This document shows positions 9,495 through 18,688 of a stretch of 32,000 bases of DNA, in pieces. The stretch covers positions 3,780,001-3,812,000 of the forward strand of contig NZ_LT934425.1 in assembly GCF_900232105.1 (NCBI RefSeq), read 5' to 3'. The first letter of the stretch is position 1. Each line of letters opens with the position of its first letter. This DNA comes from Candidatus Kuenenia stuttgartensis (GTDB taxonomy: Bacteria; Planctomycetota; Brocadiia; Brocadiales; Brocadiaceae). Position numbers and translations under genes: made by a program. The notes beneath the pieces are model-generated. The model had not been told where the DNA came from. It did not search any database and saw only the letters and a list, made by a program, of their open reading frames with translations.

Positions 9495-11242
9495 TAACAC
9501 CAATGAAGAAGATTACACTCTTATGCCTGAAGGATGACCAGGAAATGGTGCTGAATGCATTATATGAATTGGGTGTATTGCACGTCACTCATATGAAACA
9601 GCCTGTTTGTCGTGAACTGAAAAAGGAAAAGGAATATTACGGGAGGCTGCAGAGGGCGATCGGCATGATACCTTTGAATACAGAGGATAGACCGTCCGGC
9701 GATGCGGCACAAAGTACGCTTGAAAAAGTTGAGAAACTTGTTCAACGCCGTAAAGAACAGGAAGAGGTATGTGAAAAATTGAACTACGAAAAACAACGGG
9801 TGCAGCCCTATGGGAATTTTGACCCTGCGCTTGTTGCTTCACTGACAAAAGAGGGAATAAACATTCGTCTTTTTCGTTCCCCCTCTCACCAGCCTGTTAT
9901 AGCGCCAGAGGATACATTCTTATTCATTGTTAATAAAGATAAGAATTTTGTTTATTTTGTAATTGCCGGAGATGGTGATTTCCGGTGCGATTATGAAGAA
10001 TTTCATGTCACCGGGAAATCTCTGGCAGAAGTAGAGGCGGCTCTTATTAACGCCGAAGAAGAGTTGAAATCAATTACCAGGGAATTTGAGCGATTGGGAG
10101 GCGAATGGCATGTAATGAACGAAGCTCTTCTGATGACGAAAGAAAAGATACACCTTTTGGAAGTAAAGGCAGGCATGGGAAGCGCGGAAGATATTGTCTA
10201 TCTTCAGGGGTTTTGTCCCGCAGACAAGGTGGCGGAAATCCTGAAAGCTCCTGCGCTGCAAGGCTGTGGTTCCGTTATTGCCGATCCGTCAGCGGAGGAT
10301 GACGTGCCTACCCTTATACGGAATCCAAAGTGGGTGGAGCCTGTCAGGACAATATTCGACATGATTAATATACTGCCAGGTTATAGGGAAAAGGATATAA
10401 GCGGCGTCTTTCTGATCTTTATCAGTGTATTTTCCGCGCTATTGATAGGCGACGCCGGATACGGCGCCCTTTTTCTGGTTATAACCATTGTAGCAAGAAG
10501 GATTTTTTCTAAAGCGCCGCCTGCCCCGTTTTTCCTGTTGGGTATTCTCAGCGTATGCACGATAGTATGGGGGATTCTGACGGGAAATTATTTTGGCGCA
10601 AGCAATATTCCCGCCTCATTAAAAATGTTGCATATAGAGTGGCTTAATAATGAAAAGAATATAATGCACCTCTGTTTTATGATTGGAGCTATCCACCTGA
10701 CAGTTGCGCATGCATGGAATGCAATGAGAATAATGAATAGTCCGAGGGCTATTGCACAGATTGGATGGATAGGTATGACATGGTTGATGTATATCACTGC
10801 ACGCACAATGATCCTTGATACAGCGTTTCCCGCGTGGGGTTACTATTTGCTGTTTGCCTCATTAGGTTGCGTGGTTCTCTTTACCACTTCTCCAAAAAAA
10901 ATAAAAAAAGACTGGCCTGACCTTATGATGTTTCCTCTTAATGTAATCAGTAACTTCGTTGATGTTATCTCTTACATCCGTCTTTTTGCCGTTGGCAGCG
11001 CTTCGCTCGCCGTAGCAATGAGTTTTAACGAAATGGCATTGGGAAAGGGAATCAGCAGCGTTTTTGCAGGATTCATCGCGGCATTGATTCTTTTCCTGGG
11101 ACACGGGCTTAATGTTGCACTTATGGCGCTGGGCATCCTGGTGCATGGCGTGCGGTTGAATACGTTAGAATTTTCCGGCCATGTGGGAGTGCAATGGAAA
11201 GGTATTCCCTATACCCCGTTTTCAAGAAAACAAAGAAGATAA
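9491..11242 (+). CDS. atpI: V/A-type ATP synthase subunit I
   Basis: 583 aa; PMKKITLLCLKDDQEMVLNALYELGVLHV N-terminus and a multi-TM C-terminal half (GDAGYGALFLVITI; GHGLNVALMALGILVHGVRLNTLEFSGHVG). Overlaps atpD by 4 bp. Confidence 0.93.
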   Translation: MITPMKKITLLCLKDDQEMVLNALYELGVLHVTHMKQPVCRELKKEKEYYGRLQRAIGMIPLNTEDRPSGDAAQSTLEKVEKLVQRRKEQEEVCEKLNYEKQRVQPYGNFDPALVASLTKEGINIRLFRSPSHQPVIAPEDTFLFIVNKDKNFVYFVIAGDGDFRCDYEEFHVTGKSLAEVEAALINAEEELKSITREFERLGGEWHVMNEALLMTKEKIHLLEVKAGMGSAEDIVYLQGFCPADKVAEILKAPALQGCGSVIADPSAEDDVPTLIRNPKWVEPVRTIFDMINILPGYREKDISGVFLIFISVFSALLIGDAGYGALFLVITIVARRIFSKAPPAPFFLLGILSVCTIVWGILTGNYFGASNIPASLKMLHIEWLNNEKNIMHLCFMIGAIHLTVAHAWNAMRIMNSPRAIAQIGWIGMTWLMYITARTMILDTAFPAWGYYLLFASLGCVVLFTTSPKKIKKDWPDLMMFPLNVISNFVDVISYIRLFAVGSASLAVAMSFNEMALGKGISSVFAGFIAALILFLGHGLNVALMALGILVHGVRLNTLEFSGHVGVQWKGIPYTPFSRKQRR

Positions 11243-11282
11243 AATCATGGAGCTTTTATAAACAGACAAGAAAGGAGTGCTT

Positions 11283-11741
11283 ATGGCAATGGATTCGAAT
11301 ACAGTTATTTCTATTGGTAGATTGGGTGCGATGGTGGCGCTTGTTATGGCGGCGATAGGGTCATGCCTTGGGACGGGAGCGGCAGGGGCAGCAGCTATCG
11401 GTGGATGGAAAAAGTGCTATGCCCAGAATAAGTCTGCTCCGTTTATGCTGGTTGCATTTGTGGGGGCGCCATTATCCCAGACTATTTACGGCATGATTTT
11501 GATGGGAAATATAATGAAGGCCGCTGTCACAGGTGCGGCATTTCCAGTCTTGCTGGGGGCTGGGTTTCTGGGAGGTTTTGCAATGGGGCTTTCTGCATGG
11601 ATGCAGGGGCGTGCAGGTGCAGGGGCATCCGACGCACTGGCGGAGACAGGGCAGGGATTCGGTAACTATCTTATGGCCCTCGGGGTCATTGAGACAGTTG
11701 CCTTGTTTGTTCTGGTTTTTATAGGTAAAACGCTTGTTTAA
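11283..11741 (+). CDS. atpK: V/A-type ATP synthase proteolipid subunit K
   Basis: Four hydrophobic segments; APLSQTIYGMI, WMQGRAGAG and ALGVIETVALF carry the candidate ion-binding Q/Q/E residues. Confidence 0.92.
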   Translation: MAMDSNTVISIGRLGAMVALVMAAIGSCLGTGAAGAAAIGGWKKCYAQNKSAPFMLVAFVGAPLSQTIYGMILMGNIMKAAVTGAAFPVLLGAGFLGGFAMGLSAWMQGRAGAGASDALAETGQGFGNYLMALGVIETVALFVLVFIGKTLV

Positions 11742-11874
11742 GTAGTCAGAAGAGAAACTATGGAAGAATCACAGTAAATCCAAAGATACTTGGTGGAAAG
11801 CCAATCATTAAAGGAACAAGGATTACGGTAGAGTTTATCCTTGATCTATATAACTGCGCAATATTAAACAGACA

Positions 11875-12315
11875 TTATGGACTGCAGAACTGCGCCACTA
11901 AAGGGATGATCAACTCTGGATTATTTTGCATGGTATCGAAAGTGTGAGTTAGTGCGGCGCAGAGGTCGGTTTCTGTTTCATGATACCGATTATGAGTTGC
12001 TTGTTTGCGTGTATATTTCCAGAGCTTTTCCTGCGCGTTAAAGTCTGGAGAATAAGGTGGCAAATTAAACACTTCCGTGTATTTCCGGTTTTTAGAGAAC
12101 CATTCGTACGTGGTGGGATGCTTGTGGTATGACGCATTATCCTGGATAAAGTAAATGCGGTGGCCTCGCCTGAAAAAAAACTTTGTCATATCCTCCAGGA
12201 ACTCAACGTAGGTTTCATGATTGAATTGGGCTTCCCTGCGGCGGAATAAAGATTGTCCGGTAAGCACAGCAACCGCCCCGAATATTTTCTGGGTATTGCG
12301 TTGCCCACCGGACAA
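11875..12315 (-). CDS. IS630-family transposase, C-terminal (DDE) ORF; open reading continues upstream to the A-run near 12421 (EKALIVFEDEASF)
   Basis: VLTGQSLFRRREAQFNHETYVEFLEDM...HRIYFIQDNASYHKHP...VFNLPPYSPDFNAQEKLWKYTRKQATHNRY: DDE signature of IS630. Confidence 0.9.
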   Translation of the reverse strand: MSGGQRNTQKIFGAVAVLTGQSLFRRREAQFNHETYVEFLEDMTKFFFRRGHRIYFIQDNASYHKHPTTYEWFSKNRKYTEVFNLPPYSPDFNAQEKLWKYTRKQATHNRYHETETDLCAALTHTFDTMQNNPELIIPLVAQFCSP

Positions 12316-12412
12316 AACTTCTGGCTGAACATGTCGTGGCGCCCACGTGGCATGGAGTGTGGGACTTTGGCGGAACGACGCTTCGTCTTCAAAAACAATC
12401 AGCGCTTTTTCT

Positions 12413-12985
12413 TCAGCGGCTTTTTTTTAATGTGGGGTAAGTGTACCGGGTCCACTTGTTACGAGCGACAGGATCGGCCTTTACTAATCGATAGGTTGGG
12501 CGCTGGAAAGAAATTCCAATCTGCTTCAAGAGCTTCCGCACATGTCCCGGATGATATTCGAGGCCAAACTCATTTTCGATTGTCTTTGCAATGATTACGG
12601 ATGTCCACACCCCAGTATCATAGCCATAAGCGATGGGGCCGCTCTCAATAATATCAAGGAGTCTTTCTTTTTCATCCAGACTTAGTCCGGCTGGTCGCCC
12701 GCAGCGGTGTCCCTGTAATAAGCCGTCAATTCCGTATTGATTCCACGCGCGAATCCATGCTGGAACATTGGTGCGGTTTACTTTTAAAATCTCCGCAACG
12801 TCTCCGGGTGGGCGGCCTTCCAGGTTAAGAATAACCGCATGCAATCGCGTTGCCATTCGATACGCAGAATCTTCCTGAGCTGATTTTTTCAACGCGACTA
12901 ACTTCTTAATCGTTTGCCGATTCCCCTTTGCTTTCAAGGCTTGCATAAGGCCTCCGTTTTGTAATGTATTATTATTTATACGCAC
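12413..12985 (-). CDS. IS630-family transposase, N-terminal (HTH) ORF
   Basis: 190 aa; same HTH region as the 2285-2923 copy, ending TYPTLKKSR at an 8-A run. Confidence 0.88.
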   Translation of the reverse strand: MRINNNTLQNGGLMQALKAKGNRQTIKKLVALKKSAQEDSAYRMATRLHAVILNLEGRPPGDVAEILKVNRTNVPAWIRAWNQYGIDGLLQGHRCGRPAGLSLDEKERLLDIIESGPIAYGYDTGVWTSVIIAKTIENEFGLEYHPGHVRKLLKQIGISFQRPTYRLVKADPVARNKWTRYTYPTLKKSR

Positions 12986-13234
12986 AAGAGGCCATAATGT
13001 AACCCTTTTTTATTTCGTTGTCAATATTCATTTCCATGCAAGCACCGTGAAATATGGCTTACGAAGAAATGATGTCTGTTTAATTATGCGCAGTTATATA
13101 TTAGCATCCGATGTGTCCGAAGAAGAAATATTGAAGGATTATCCCCATTTAACCGTTGAGGATATTCACGCCTGCTTATGCTATGCAGCCCGGTCTTGTA
13201 AAAATGAAATTTACCTGGAGTTGGAAACTAACCA

Positions 13235-13368
13235 ATGAAATTCTGTGAAATAAGGATTCTCACAGATGAAAATATTTCCCCAAAGGTACTTCCTTTTTTA
13301 AGAGAGCGAGGCATTGACGTAATCGATACAAAAGAGCAGAGCTGGCATGGCAAGTATGTTACGATAAG
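13235..13368 (+). pseudogene. DUF5615 / PIN-like putative toxin, truncated
   Basis: MKFCEIRILTDENISPKVLPFLRERGIDVIDTKEQSWHG. Start overlaps the DUF433 stop (ATGA). Reading runs into GGGTGCATTCCCGATTTTTTGTAA at 13369. Confidence 0.75.
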
Positions 13369-13395
13369 GGGTGCATTCCCGATTTTTTGTAAAAA
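13369..13395 (+). repeat. MITE-family left end (rest of the element not recognisable as a complete copy)
   Basis: GGGTGCATTCCCGATTTTTTGTAAAAA. A TTTTTCAAAAATCTAAACTGTTACAAA piece of the opposite end lies at about 13686-13713. Confidence 0.6.
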
Positions 13396-13729
13396 GCTTA
13401 TTAATTTATGGTAACATTTCAGTCTTTTGAAAAACGTATTACCTATAAGCTCCGTAGGAGCAGCCTGTTTGTAGCAAAATAGGATATTATAACAGATCGT
13501 AGAGACAGGTTTGAAACCTGTCTCTACAATTAGGAGCGACCTGTCTCTTGTAAATCCATATTAAACAGGTTTGCCTGAATACGGACAGGCCGCTCCTATG
13601 GAGCTATTTATCCTATTGAATTTTATTGCGCTACAAACAGACCGCCCCTAACGGGGCTACATGGTATTTTTTCTATCCCATGAATTTTTCAAAAATCTAA
13701 ACTGTTACAAAGTGTTACAAATTCTGTTG

Positions 13730-15787
13730 TTATTCCAAAAGTTGTATGACTGCGTTTTTATCGGATACGGGTTTTTTACAGGAATAATTCTCGCACATAT
13801 AGACGGTTGACCGGCCTTCTATGGGAATTAGTTCTTTTGTATAAGGTGCTATTTCCTCAATAAATATGCCGTTTGAGGGGTGAAGAAGCAATACTTTGTT
13901 TGGTAAAAAACGGCTTCTTATTTCCCTGAGAATATCTTTTGTATCATTCCCTTCACGTTCTCCCGCAACGATAATTTCTTTTGTGGGACCTAATGCAAAG
14001 TCAAGGGCGCACATGAATTGTGTATATCCGGAAGGATACTGGAGGATGGTGCCGGAAAATGTCTTTATAAGATTATCCGCTAACGCTTCATAAGAAGGGT
14101 TTCCGGTAATCCTTCCTAATCGCAATAGATTGAGCAATGCGATAGAATTTCCCGAGGGAGTAGCGCCATCATAAATATCTTTAGTTTGTGTGAAGAGTTT
14201 TTCGTTTGACTTGCCGCTTAAGAAAAACCCGCCTTCATTTTCATCTAAAAAGTTTTTGATCATTTCTTCATTAATCTGTAAAGCTGCCTGAAGATATTTT
14301 TCCTGAAAAGTCGCTTCATAAAGGTCGATTAACCCGTTCACGAAAAATGCGTAATCGTCAAGAAACCCCGCTATTGCGGATTCTCCCTGGCAATAACGCC
14401 GGAGTAATATCTTGTTTTCCTGCAATAGCGTATTCAGTATAAAGTCGGCGGCGCACATTGCGACGTTTGTGTATTTTGGTTCATCCATAGCCTGTGCGCC
14501 CCTGGATAAGGCGGAAATCATAAGACCATTCCATGAGGTGATAATCTTCGTGTCTTTATGGGGCTTAATACGTTTTTCCCGTATTGAAAGTAGTTTTTTG
14601 CGGCTATTGGCAAGCCGTTTTTCAAGGGCATCCGGCGACATATTTTCCAGTTTAGCTGCAATATGCAGTGGTTTGTCTGCGTGCAATATATTTTTATCTT
14701 CAAAATTGCCAATGTCCGACACGTCATAAAAATCACAAAAGATGTTTCCATCCTTTTCCCCGAGGGCTTCTTTGATTTCTTCCGGTTTCCATACGTAAAA
14801 TTTCCCCTCAATGCCCTCGCTGTCGGCATCTTCTGCGGAATAAAAACCGCCTTCGGGCGACGTCATGTCGCGTAATACATAATCAAAAATATCCTTTGCT
14901 ATTGCTGAATAAAGATCTTTTTTGGTCGCCTGATAGGTTTCGATATACGAAATGGCAAGTAATGCCTGGTCATACAGCATTTTTTCGAAATGAGGCGTTA
15001 ACCAGTATTCATCGGTGGAATACCTGTGAAACCCGCCGCCTAAATGGTCATGGATGCCGCCTCTTGCCATTAATTCAAGAGACTTCTCAACCATTTCCAG
15101 GGCGAATGCGTTGTTGCTGCGTTTCCACCACCTGAGGAGAAATGTGAAATTATGTGGTGTGGGGAATTTTGGTGATGTTCCGAAACCGCCGTACAGAGAA
15201 TCAAAACGGTCACTCAATTGTTCATAGGCTGTTTTTAGTGTCCGGACGTCGGGTTTTTCTTCGCCTTTTGAAGCTGTTTCGGTATCTATGAGCTTTGTTA
15301 CCTGCAAGCTGGAAGCAATGATGCTTTCCTTGTTTGTATTCCATAAATTGGCAATTTGCGTCAGTAGAGCGATTAAACCCGGATTGCCTAAACGTTCGGT
15401 TTTTGGGAAATATGTGCCCGCGTAAAAAGGTTTCCCCTCAGAGGTAAGAAAGAGCGTGAGAGGCCAGCCGCCGCTACCGGTCATCGCCTGGCAAACGGTC
15501 ATATAAACGTTATCAATATCGGGGCGTTCTTCTCTATCCACCTTTATTGCAACGTAATATTCGTTTAATATTTTGGCTACCTCTTCGTCCTCAAAAGATT
15601 CGGTCTCCATTACGTGACACCAGTGGCAGGTAGAATATCCAATAGAAAGAAAAATTACTTTACTTTCCGCTTTCGCCTTTTCAAAGGCTTCTTTGCCCCA
15701 TGGATACCAATCCACAGGATTGTAAGCATGTTGTTGCAGGTAAGGGCTTTTCTCATGTATAAGATGGTTTGGTTTATTTGTTTTCAT
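13730..15787 (-). CDS. yyaL: Thioredoxin-domain (DUF255/YyaL/SSP411-like) protein
   Basis: [35 protein letters not shown]...[27 protein letters not shown]. The 5' extension of the track ORF (13730-15919) overlaps degraded toxin sequence, so ATG at 15787 is preferred. Confidence 0.93.
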   Translation of the reverse strand: MKTNKPNHLIHEKSPYLQQHAYNPVDWYPWGKEAFEKAKAESKVIFLSIGYSTCHWCHVMETESFEDEEVAKILNEYYVAIKVDREERPDIDNVYMTVCQAMTGSGGWPLTLFLTSEGKPFYAGTYFPKTERLGNPGLIALLTQIANLWNTNKESIIASSLQVTKLIDTETASKGEEKPDVRTLKTAYEQLSDRFDSLYGGFGTSPKFPTPHNFTFLLRWWKRSNNAFALEMVEKSLELMARGGIHDHLGGGFHRYSTDEYWLTPHFEKMLYDQALLAISYIETYQATKKDLYSAIAKDIFDYVLRDMTSPEGGFYSAEDADSEGIEGKFYVWKPEEIKEALGEKDGNIFCDFYDVSDIGNFEDKNILHADKPLHIAAKLENMSPDALEKRLANSRKKLLSIREKRIKPHKDTKIITSWNGLMISALSRGAQAMDEPKYTNVAMCAADFILNTLLQENKILLRRYCQGESAIAGFLDDYAFFVNGLIDLYEATFQEKYLQAALQINEEMIKNFLDENEGGFFLSGKSNEKLFTQTKDIYDGATPSGNSIALLNLLRLGRITGNPSYEALADNLIKTFSGTILQYPSGYTQFMCALDFALGPTKEIIVAGEREGNDTKDILREIRSRFLPNKVLLLHPSNGIFIEEIAPYTKELIPIEGRSTVYMCENYSCKKPVSDKNAVIQLLE

Positions 15788-15996
15788 TTTCAGTAATTGG
15801 TAGTTGTCGAATATGAATACGGTAGTCAGTATCAGCTGAAACGAGTATTCGATTTTCTTTAGTAGCTCGCCGAAGGATAGTAACGTCATCGGCAAATGAT
15901 AATCCATATTCACGTACAATGGATAGTATCATACCCTGCATTGCGGAGTCCATCGGCAAGTAAAGGCGAAAGGGCATTTTCGATCAGAAAATTCAT
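15788..15996 (-). pseudogene. DUF5615 / PIN-like putative toxin, frameshifted and 3' truncated
   Basis: [26 protein letters not shown] then, after an apparent extra [33 protein letters not shown]. Confidence 0.8.
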
Positions 15997-16597
15997 TTTG
16001 TTAGTACCAAAGGAATTTCGCGCTCTCTCACGGGTGCATTCCCGATTTTTTGTATATCTTCACACATTTTGTTTTTTTACAAAGAATTGTAATACTTTAG
16101 TCCTATGAAAAAAACCGCTCGTTCCCAAGCTCCGGCTTGGGAACGGGATTGTTTGAGAAGCTCCAGCTTCGAATGGAAAAGGGAATGAACCCATGATGTC
16201 AGCTTGGAGGCTTTTCAGTATGTTACCCAAGATATTTAGAAACATCTTTTGAATCGAATAATACACGAAGCTTCGCTTGCCGGCTAAATGGAAGCTAGAG
16301 CTTCCAACGCAATTACGTTCCCAAGCCGGAGCTTGGGAACGAGCATTTTTGTTTTCCAAAAATCTAAACTGTTACAAAAAATCAGGAATGCTCCCCTCTC
16401 TCACTGCTTCAGAGGCATACCGCAATGATTCCTTAATATCCTCATGTTCCAGGTCTGGAAAAAGCCTTTAATATTTCTTCTTCAGACATACCATCAGCAA
16501 CCATACCAACAATTGTTGCAACAGGTATACGAAGCCCCCGAATACAAGGAATGCCGCCCATCTGGTTTGGATTAATAGTAATGCGGGTAAATTTCAT
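15993..16597 (-). pseudogene. DUF433 family putative antitoxin, split by MITE copy 3 and carrying a +1 bp frameshift
   Basis: MKFTRITINPNQMGGIPCIRGLRIPVATIVGMVADGMSEEEILKAF / PDLEHEDIKESLRYASEAVRER ... EIPLVLTK*. Stop overlaps the DUF5615 start (ATGA). Confidence 0.85.
16032..16395 (+). mobile_element. MITE-like element copy 3 (364 bp), flanked by 9 bp target duplication CTCTCTCAC
   Basis: Ends GGGTGCATTCCCGATTTTTTGTAT and TTACAAAAAATCAGGAATGCTCCC. Direct repeats CTCTCTCAC at 16023-16031 and 16396-16404. Confidence 0.93.
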
Positions 16598-16807
16598 TTA
16601 TTAACCTCCCATAATGATTGTAGTAAAAAATCTCGTCTGATCTTCATTGTAAACATAAACTGCATAAATATACATTGTTTTCTCATTTTTGTTATTTGAA
16701 AAAATTACTTATTAAAATGGCAACAATATTGTTATACTTTTTCTCCACAACTCCTTTTGGTGTAAAGATCGTCATAATTATTATTTAGAGATAAGGTTAC
16801 GGTAATA

Positions 16808-17029
16808 ATGGATAGTGAATATCTTGTCGTTTTTGCGATTGAAAAACAGCGATTTGCGGTAAGGCATACAGCGTTGGAGCGGATCATTCGTGCTGTTGCA
16901 ATTACCCCGTTGCCTGCTGTCCCTGAGATTATTTCAGAGGTGATTAATGTGCAGGGAAAGATACTGCCGATAATAAATATAAGAAAGAGATTGCGCTTAA
17001 AAGAAAAGGAACCACAGTTCACAGATTAA
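16808..17029 (+). pseudogene. CheW-like protein, C-terminal half missing
   Basis: EYLVVFAIEKQRFAVRHTALERIIRAVAITPLPAVPEIISEVINVQGKILPIINIRKRL, then stop inside a CCACAGTTCACAGATTA repeat. Confidence 0.7.
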
Positions 17030-17073
17030 AAAAATAGTAGGAACACAGAGCACTGTGCCCCTACAATTGACCA

Positions 17074-17720
17074 ATGACTAAAACAATGAACGATCGAGAG
17101 ACAATTCTTAAAGAAAGGGCGAAAATACTCGCGCGGGAGCCGGAAATCCGGCAGAGGGAAATACACTATGTATCCATAGTTGAATTTCTTATTGATCAGG
17201 ACAGATATGGCATCCCGGCAGACTGTGTTTGTGAAGTGTATTTACTGAAAGGAATTACAACAATCCCTGGAGTGCCTGAATATGTAGTGGGAATTATTAA
17301 TGTCCGAGGACAGATATTTTCTGTTATTGACATAAAGGCATTATTTAACATTCCAAAGGGAAAGGGTATCTCCCATTTAAACGAAGTAATAATTATTCAT
17401 AATGAAACCATGGAGTTTGGCATTGTTGTCGATTCAATTGCGGGAATAAGGCACTGTAAATAAATAAAGGTATCAAGTAGATCAATTTCATGCTCTGGAA
17501 ACATGCAATCAAGGCTTCAAAGTGAGACGTTAATTTATTTACAGCGCCTAACCTCCATTCCTTCTCACAAGATAACACCGGCGCCACTGACGATGACGGA
17601 ATTTGTCCGAAAATACATAAAGGAATTACGAATAACCATTTAATTCTATTGGATGCGGAACAATTGTTGACAGACAATTCAATAGTTATAAATGACGAAA
17701 GTATAGCAACCATGAGGTAA
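17074..17720 (+). pseudogene. CheW-like protein, interrupted by a 101 bp inverted-repeat insertion and frameshifted
   Basis: Intact part: VSIVEFLIDQDRYGIPADCVCEVYLLKGITTIPGVPEYVVGIINVRGQIFSVIDIKALF...IVVDSIAGI. Continuation after the insertion: PLTMTEFVRKYIK ... ILLDAEQLLTDNSIVINDESIATMR*. Confidence 0.75.
17449..17549. mobile_element. 101 bp miniature inverted-repeat insertion
   Basis: AGGCACTGTAAATAAATAAAGGT at the left and, reverse complemented, AGGCGCTGTAAATAAATTAACGT at the right. Confidence 0.65.
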
Positions 17721-17728
17721 TGATTATT

Positions 17729-18688
17729 ATGACAAATGAATATATTCCGGTAGCTTTAAACACAATACAGCCTAATACCTGTGCCGGATGCAATCTTTAC
17801 ATAAAAACTCACACAGACGAAGGTATCCGTTACGTACTGTATTGCAACAGTGAGAGCGCCCTTTATGAGCATAATATAAAAGAACTTCAGTATAATCAGA
17901 TAAACTATCTTTTTATAAAACAATGTGAAGAGACGTTATATTTGAGGCATAGGGAGTCCCATTTAAAACTGATAATTCATGACCCTTCTCTTGACACGAA
18001 AACTAAATCGGAAATGGTTTATAATGTGGCAAAATCCATTATGTTTGACATATTTAACGACCCGCGTGCCGGAGATAATGTTGAAAGGTCAAAAAACTGG
18101 GTATCAGGCACAGTAGAATATGTGCTGAACAACAAAGACGCCACTTCAACCATGTTAAACATGGTATCGTATGATTATTATACCTATACTCATTGCGTTG
18201 ACGTCTCTGTACTTGGTCTTTTATTTGCAAAATATTTAAGGCTTAATGAGAAAGAAATGAATGATTTTGGCACAGGATTGTTGCTTCATGATATAGGAAA
18301 GACACGGATTAACCTTGATATACTGAACAAAAATGGAAAACTGAGCGAGGTTGAGTACATTGAGATAAAGAAACATGTGGAATTTGGACATGAAATATTA
18401 AAGGGTTTGGGTGGTCTTCGGGAAGAATCGTTCTTTCCTATTTTGCAGCATCATGAAAAGCTTAATGGACAGGGTTATCCAATGGGTTTGAGGGGTGGCG
18501 AGATCCATGATTATGGAAAAATTGCAATGATAATAGATGTTTACGATGCGTTAACAACCAAAAGGCCGTATTCGGATGCGAGAAAACCATTCCCTGCGTT
18601 ACAAATGATGAAAGAGCATATGAAGGGCCATTTTGACGAGGTATATTTTAGAAGCTTTGTCGCTTTTCTCGGGAGCAGGGGTGGGTAG
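17729..18688 (+). CDS. HD-GYP domain protein (putative cyclic-di-nucleotide phosphodiesterase)
   Basis: LLLHDIGKTRI, HVEFGHEILKGL, HHEKLNGQGYPMGLRGGEIHDYGKIAMIIDVYDALTTKRPY. Confidence 0.9.
   Translation: MTNEYIPVALNTIQPNTCAGCNLYIKTHTDEGIRYVLYCNSESALYEHNIKELQYNQINYLFIKQCEETLYLRHRESHLKLIIHDPSLDTKTKSEMVYNVAKSIMFDIFNDPRAGDNVERSKNWVSGTVEYVLNNKDATSTMLNMVSYDYYTYTHCVDVSVLGLLFAKYLRLNEKEMNDFGTGLLLHDIGKTRINLDILNKNGKLSEVEYIEIKKHVEFGHEILKGLGGLREESFFPILQHHEKLNGQGYPMGLRGGEIHDYGKIAMIIDVYDALTTKRPYSDARKPFPALQMMKEHMKGHFDEVYFRSFVAFLGSRGG

Larger units (their letters stand above)
11849..13099 (-). mobile_element. Complete IS630-family insertion sequence (1251 bp) with TA target duplication
   Basis: Terminal inverted repeats TATAACTGCGCAATATTAAACAGACAT / TATAACTGCGCATAATTAACAGACAT (right end reverse complemented), TA on both sides, two transposase ORFs. 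Confidence 0.92.
11756..13238 (+). pseudogene. DUF433 family putative antitoxin, interrupted by an IS630-family element
   Basis: NYGRITVNPKILGGKPIIKGTRITVEFILDL (11756-11848) joined to LASDVSEEEILKDYPHLTVEDIHACLCYAARSCKNEIYLELETNQ (13102-13238) restores one frame when the IS and one TA are removed. No start codon found for the 5' part. Confidence 0.85.

Noticed and set aside
9585-11146. Minus-strand ORFs inside atpI
   Set aside because: Antisense to a clear subunit I gene with no recognisable domains.
13500-13600. GTAGAGACAGGTTTGAAACCTGTCTCTAC palindrome as a transcription terminator or CRISPR repeat
   Set aside because: It recurs partly near 640-668 without a downstream T-run and looks like a dispersed palindromic repeat. 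Single units, no array.
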